Source of the DNA: Zestosphaera tikiterensis
Lineage (GTDB): Archaea > Thermoproteota > Thermoprotei_A > Sulfolobales > NBVN01
NCBI GenBank assembly: GCA_003056265.1
Contig: NBVN01000016.1
Span: 1 to 6,460, forward strand
Direction: 5' to 3'
DNA: 6,460 bases
In this document: positions 5,295 through 6,460 of the stretch, in pieces
How the letters are laid out: every line of letters starts with the position of its first letter
How positions within the stretch are numbered: the stretch's first letter is position 1
Translations under genes and position numbers: made by a program
Notes under the pieces: model-generated
The model's database searches: none
Told to the model about the DNA's origin: nothing
What the model saw: only the letters and a program-made list of their open reading frames with translations

Positions 5295-5927
5295 TTAAGG
5301 TGGCTCAGTATTCTGCGGGCTGTATATCAATTCCAGAACTGCTGTATCGCTTACTGAGCCTGCGTTAACGTTTCTATCTATCTGTATCTCTATGTCTATA
5401 TATAGCTTTCCGGGCGTAATAACTGTATTACCATTCTGGTCAGTTGTCTGAGTAGCTTTGGGAATCGTGATGTAGTTTGGATAGGCTGGCTGTATCGTAT
5501 TTGATTTGAGGTCTATTGTAGCTATGGCAACATTTGGAGGATCTTTAGGCGAAGTCTTTATGTACAGCGTGGCTGAGATTATGTATTGGTTAGATATGGG
5601 TGTATTGACCTTTATCCACGCGTAGTAGTACCTGTTGACTCCGTGGTTCTCTATCCCTAAGACGTCCCTGTAGTATGTTTTCTCGTTTGTCGGGTGTATA
5701 GTTATGGTGGCTTTAGTGTTGTAGCTACCATCTAAGTTTACAGTTATTGTTCGACTGGCTAAATCGCTTTTACCAGCGTTGCTACCTACTGCGAACCTGA
5801 CCTCAGCTTCGGTGCCGCTAATGTTCACAGTTAGCCCGTAGTAGACGAAGACGCTGGCGTTTACCACAGCTACGGCTACAGCTAAAGCCACTAGCACTAA
5901 CAACGTTCTTTTCTGCTTTCCATTCAT
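5295..5927 (-). CDS. Secreted TasA/camelysin-like (archaeal bundling pilin AbpA-like) fibre subunit candidate, 210 aa; first gene of the operon
   Basis: The N-terminus MNGKQKRTLLVLVALAVAVAVVNASVFVYYG has a basic n-region, a hydrophobic core, and then an A-S-V-F-V-Y-Y segment. That segment resembles the G-T-(F/W)-A-x-F segment of SipW-dependent signal peptides in TasA-family proteins. The mature part is an all-beta-looking, Thr/Asn/Ile-rich domain of about 180 aa with no Cys. It sits in one operon with a SipW-type peptidase. The fold assignment is an inference from context and N-terminal pattern, not from an alignment. Confidence 0.6.
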   Translation of the reverse strand: MNGKQKRTLLVLVALAVAVAVVNASVFVYYGLTVNISGTEAEVRFAVGSNAGKSDLASRTITVNLDGSYNTKATITIHPTNEKTYYRDVLGIENHGVNRYYYAWIKVNTPISNQYIISATLYIKTSPKDPPNVAIATIDLKSNTIQPAYPNYITIPKATQTTDQNGNTVITPGKLYIDIEIQIDRNVNAGSVSDTAVLELIYSPQNTEPP

Positions 5928-5961
5928 TTTATTTTACCCTATTAAACCATATATTTTTCAG

Positions 5962-5970
5962 TTTATAAAA
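5962..5970 (-). promoter_or_regulatory. TATA box (minus-strand TTTTATAAA) for the fibre operon
   Basis: Its downstream (3') end at 5962 lies 35 nt upstream of ATG 5927 (43 nt from the 5' end at 5970). No SD motif lies in between, which fits a short-leader or leaderless first gene, as is usual in Crenarchaeota. The element is near-palindromic, so direction rests on spacing only. Confidence 0.4.
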
Positions 5971-6033
5971 TTCTACTATGTTTTTAGATTCTCACCTTAT
6001 TGGTCGTGTATTTCTGAACTTTGCCAAGAACTG

Positions 6034-6041
6034 TTTAAATA
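6034..6041 (+). promoter_or_regulatory. TATA box TTTAAATA for the KaiC-like ATPase gene
   Basis: It matches the archaeal TTTAWATA consensus and starts 44 nt upstream of ATG 6078 (36 nt from its downstream end at 6041). Confidence 0.45.
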
Positions 6042-6070
6042 CCTCAGGGAATCCATACTATCCTTGAGGT
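6041..6070. promoter_or_regulatory. 10-bp inverted repeat ACCTCAGGGA-N10-TCCTTGAGGT spanning the expected transcription start and the GAGGT ribosome-binding site of the KaiC-like gene
   Basis: Read directly: 6041-6050 pairs with 6061-6070 with one G-T (G-U) position (6047/6064). The right arm contains GAGGT 6066-6070, 7 nt upstream of ATG 6078. Confidence 0.45.
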
Positions 6071-6077
6071 ATGCCTC

Positions 6078-6460
6078 ATGGTTAAAGGTTATGTTGTAAA
6101 ACGTGAAGAAGAGGCGGAGCCGACACCACCTGAGGAAAGAGAGAAACTTGAAATTAGGAGGCTTCCTACAGGGTTGAAGCTACTTGATGAAGGTCTCGAA
6201 GGCGGTATCCCAATCGGTGCCTGGGTGGTCATCTCGGGGGAGCCCGGAACAGGTAAGACCGTCCTCACCCAGCATGTAGCGATGACAGCGCTTGAGAACG
6301 ACTACAGGGTTGTCGTAGTTTCTACCGAGCTTAAGAAGTGGGAGTGGTTGACACAGGCGAAAGGCTTAGGACTTAACGTTGATAAATACCCAATCGTGAG
6401 GTTAAGGGATATCATAGAGTTCAACAAGGAGAAGAACGAATACTACGTAGCACTAGACAA
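6078..6460 (+). CDS. KaiC/RadA(RecA)-superfamily ATPase, 3'-truncated by the window edge
   Basis: It is open from ATG 6078 to the window end and is absent from the ORF track because there is no stop codon. The translation MVKGYVVKREEEAEPTPPEEREKLEIRRLPTGLKLLDEGLEGGIPIGAWVVISGEPGTGKTVLTQHVAMTALENDYRVVVVSTE is the canonical KaiC-like N-terminus. It shows (R)lpTGi..LD..L.GGip.G....i.G.PGTGKT, with Walker A GEPGTGKT at 6237-6260. Confidence 0.85.
   Translation, partial: MVKGYVVKREEEAEPTPPEEREKLEIRRLPTGLKLLDEGLEGGIPIGAWVVISGEPGTGKTVLTQHVAMTALENDYRVVVVSTELKKWEWLTQAKGLGLNVDKYPIVRLRDIIEFNKEKNEYYVALD

Noticed and set aside
1-6460. CRISPR arrays, tRNA or rRNA genes, and long direct or terminal repeats
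   Set aside because: I saw no regularly spaced repeats of 24-40 nt, no cloverleaf-like GC-rich segments in the intergenic regions, and no second IS end. Only the right-hand part of the element lies in the window, so target-site features cannot be assessed.

Overview
The window looks archaeal, probably from a crenarchaeal (Thermoproteota) thermophile. This is inferred from TTTAAATA-type TATA boxes, GGTG/GGAGG ribosome-binding motifs on internal operon genes, and an ER/Sec11/SipW-type signal peptidase. No searches were run; all calls are by-eye motif reading. (1) nt 3-782 (+) is the 3' two-thirds of an IS200/IS605-family TnpB-like gene. It appears to have lost the RuvC-II glutamate and all zinc-finger cysteines. 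Its 3' end and flank are packed with stem-loops, which could be an omega-RNA scaffold or the IS right end. (2) nt 779-1107 (-) holds short frame-hopping ORFs that look like a decayed gene. (3) nt 1205-1387 (-) is a small ribbon-helix-helix (CopG-like) regulator with its own TATA box overlapped by a perfect 9-bp inverted repeat. (4) The core is a four-gene minus-strand operon (5927 -> 1450). It encodes a 210-aa TasA/AbpA-like secreted fibre subunit, a roughly 689-aa secreted multidomain lectin-like protein, a SipW/Sec11-type signal peptidase fused to about 210 aa of extracellular beta-rich extension, and a polytopic membrane protein. The start codon and signal peptide of the large protein are out of frame with its body across a T7 slippery tract. 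Both secreted proteins carry the same ASVF(V/A)YY motif right after their signal-peptide hydrophobic core. I read this as a variant archaeal TasA/SipW-type (bundling-pilus-like) fibre and adhesin system. (5) nt 6078-6460 (+) is the 5' part of a divergently transcribed KaiC/RadA-like ATPase gene. An inverted repeat covers its ribosome-binding site. I saw no rRNA, tRNA or CRISPR array.
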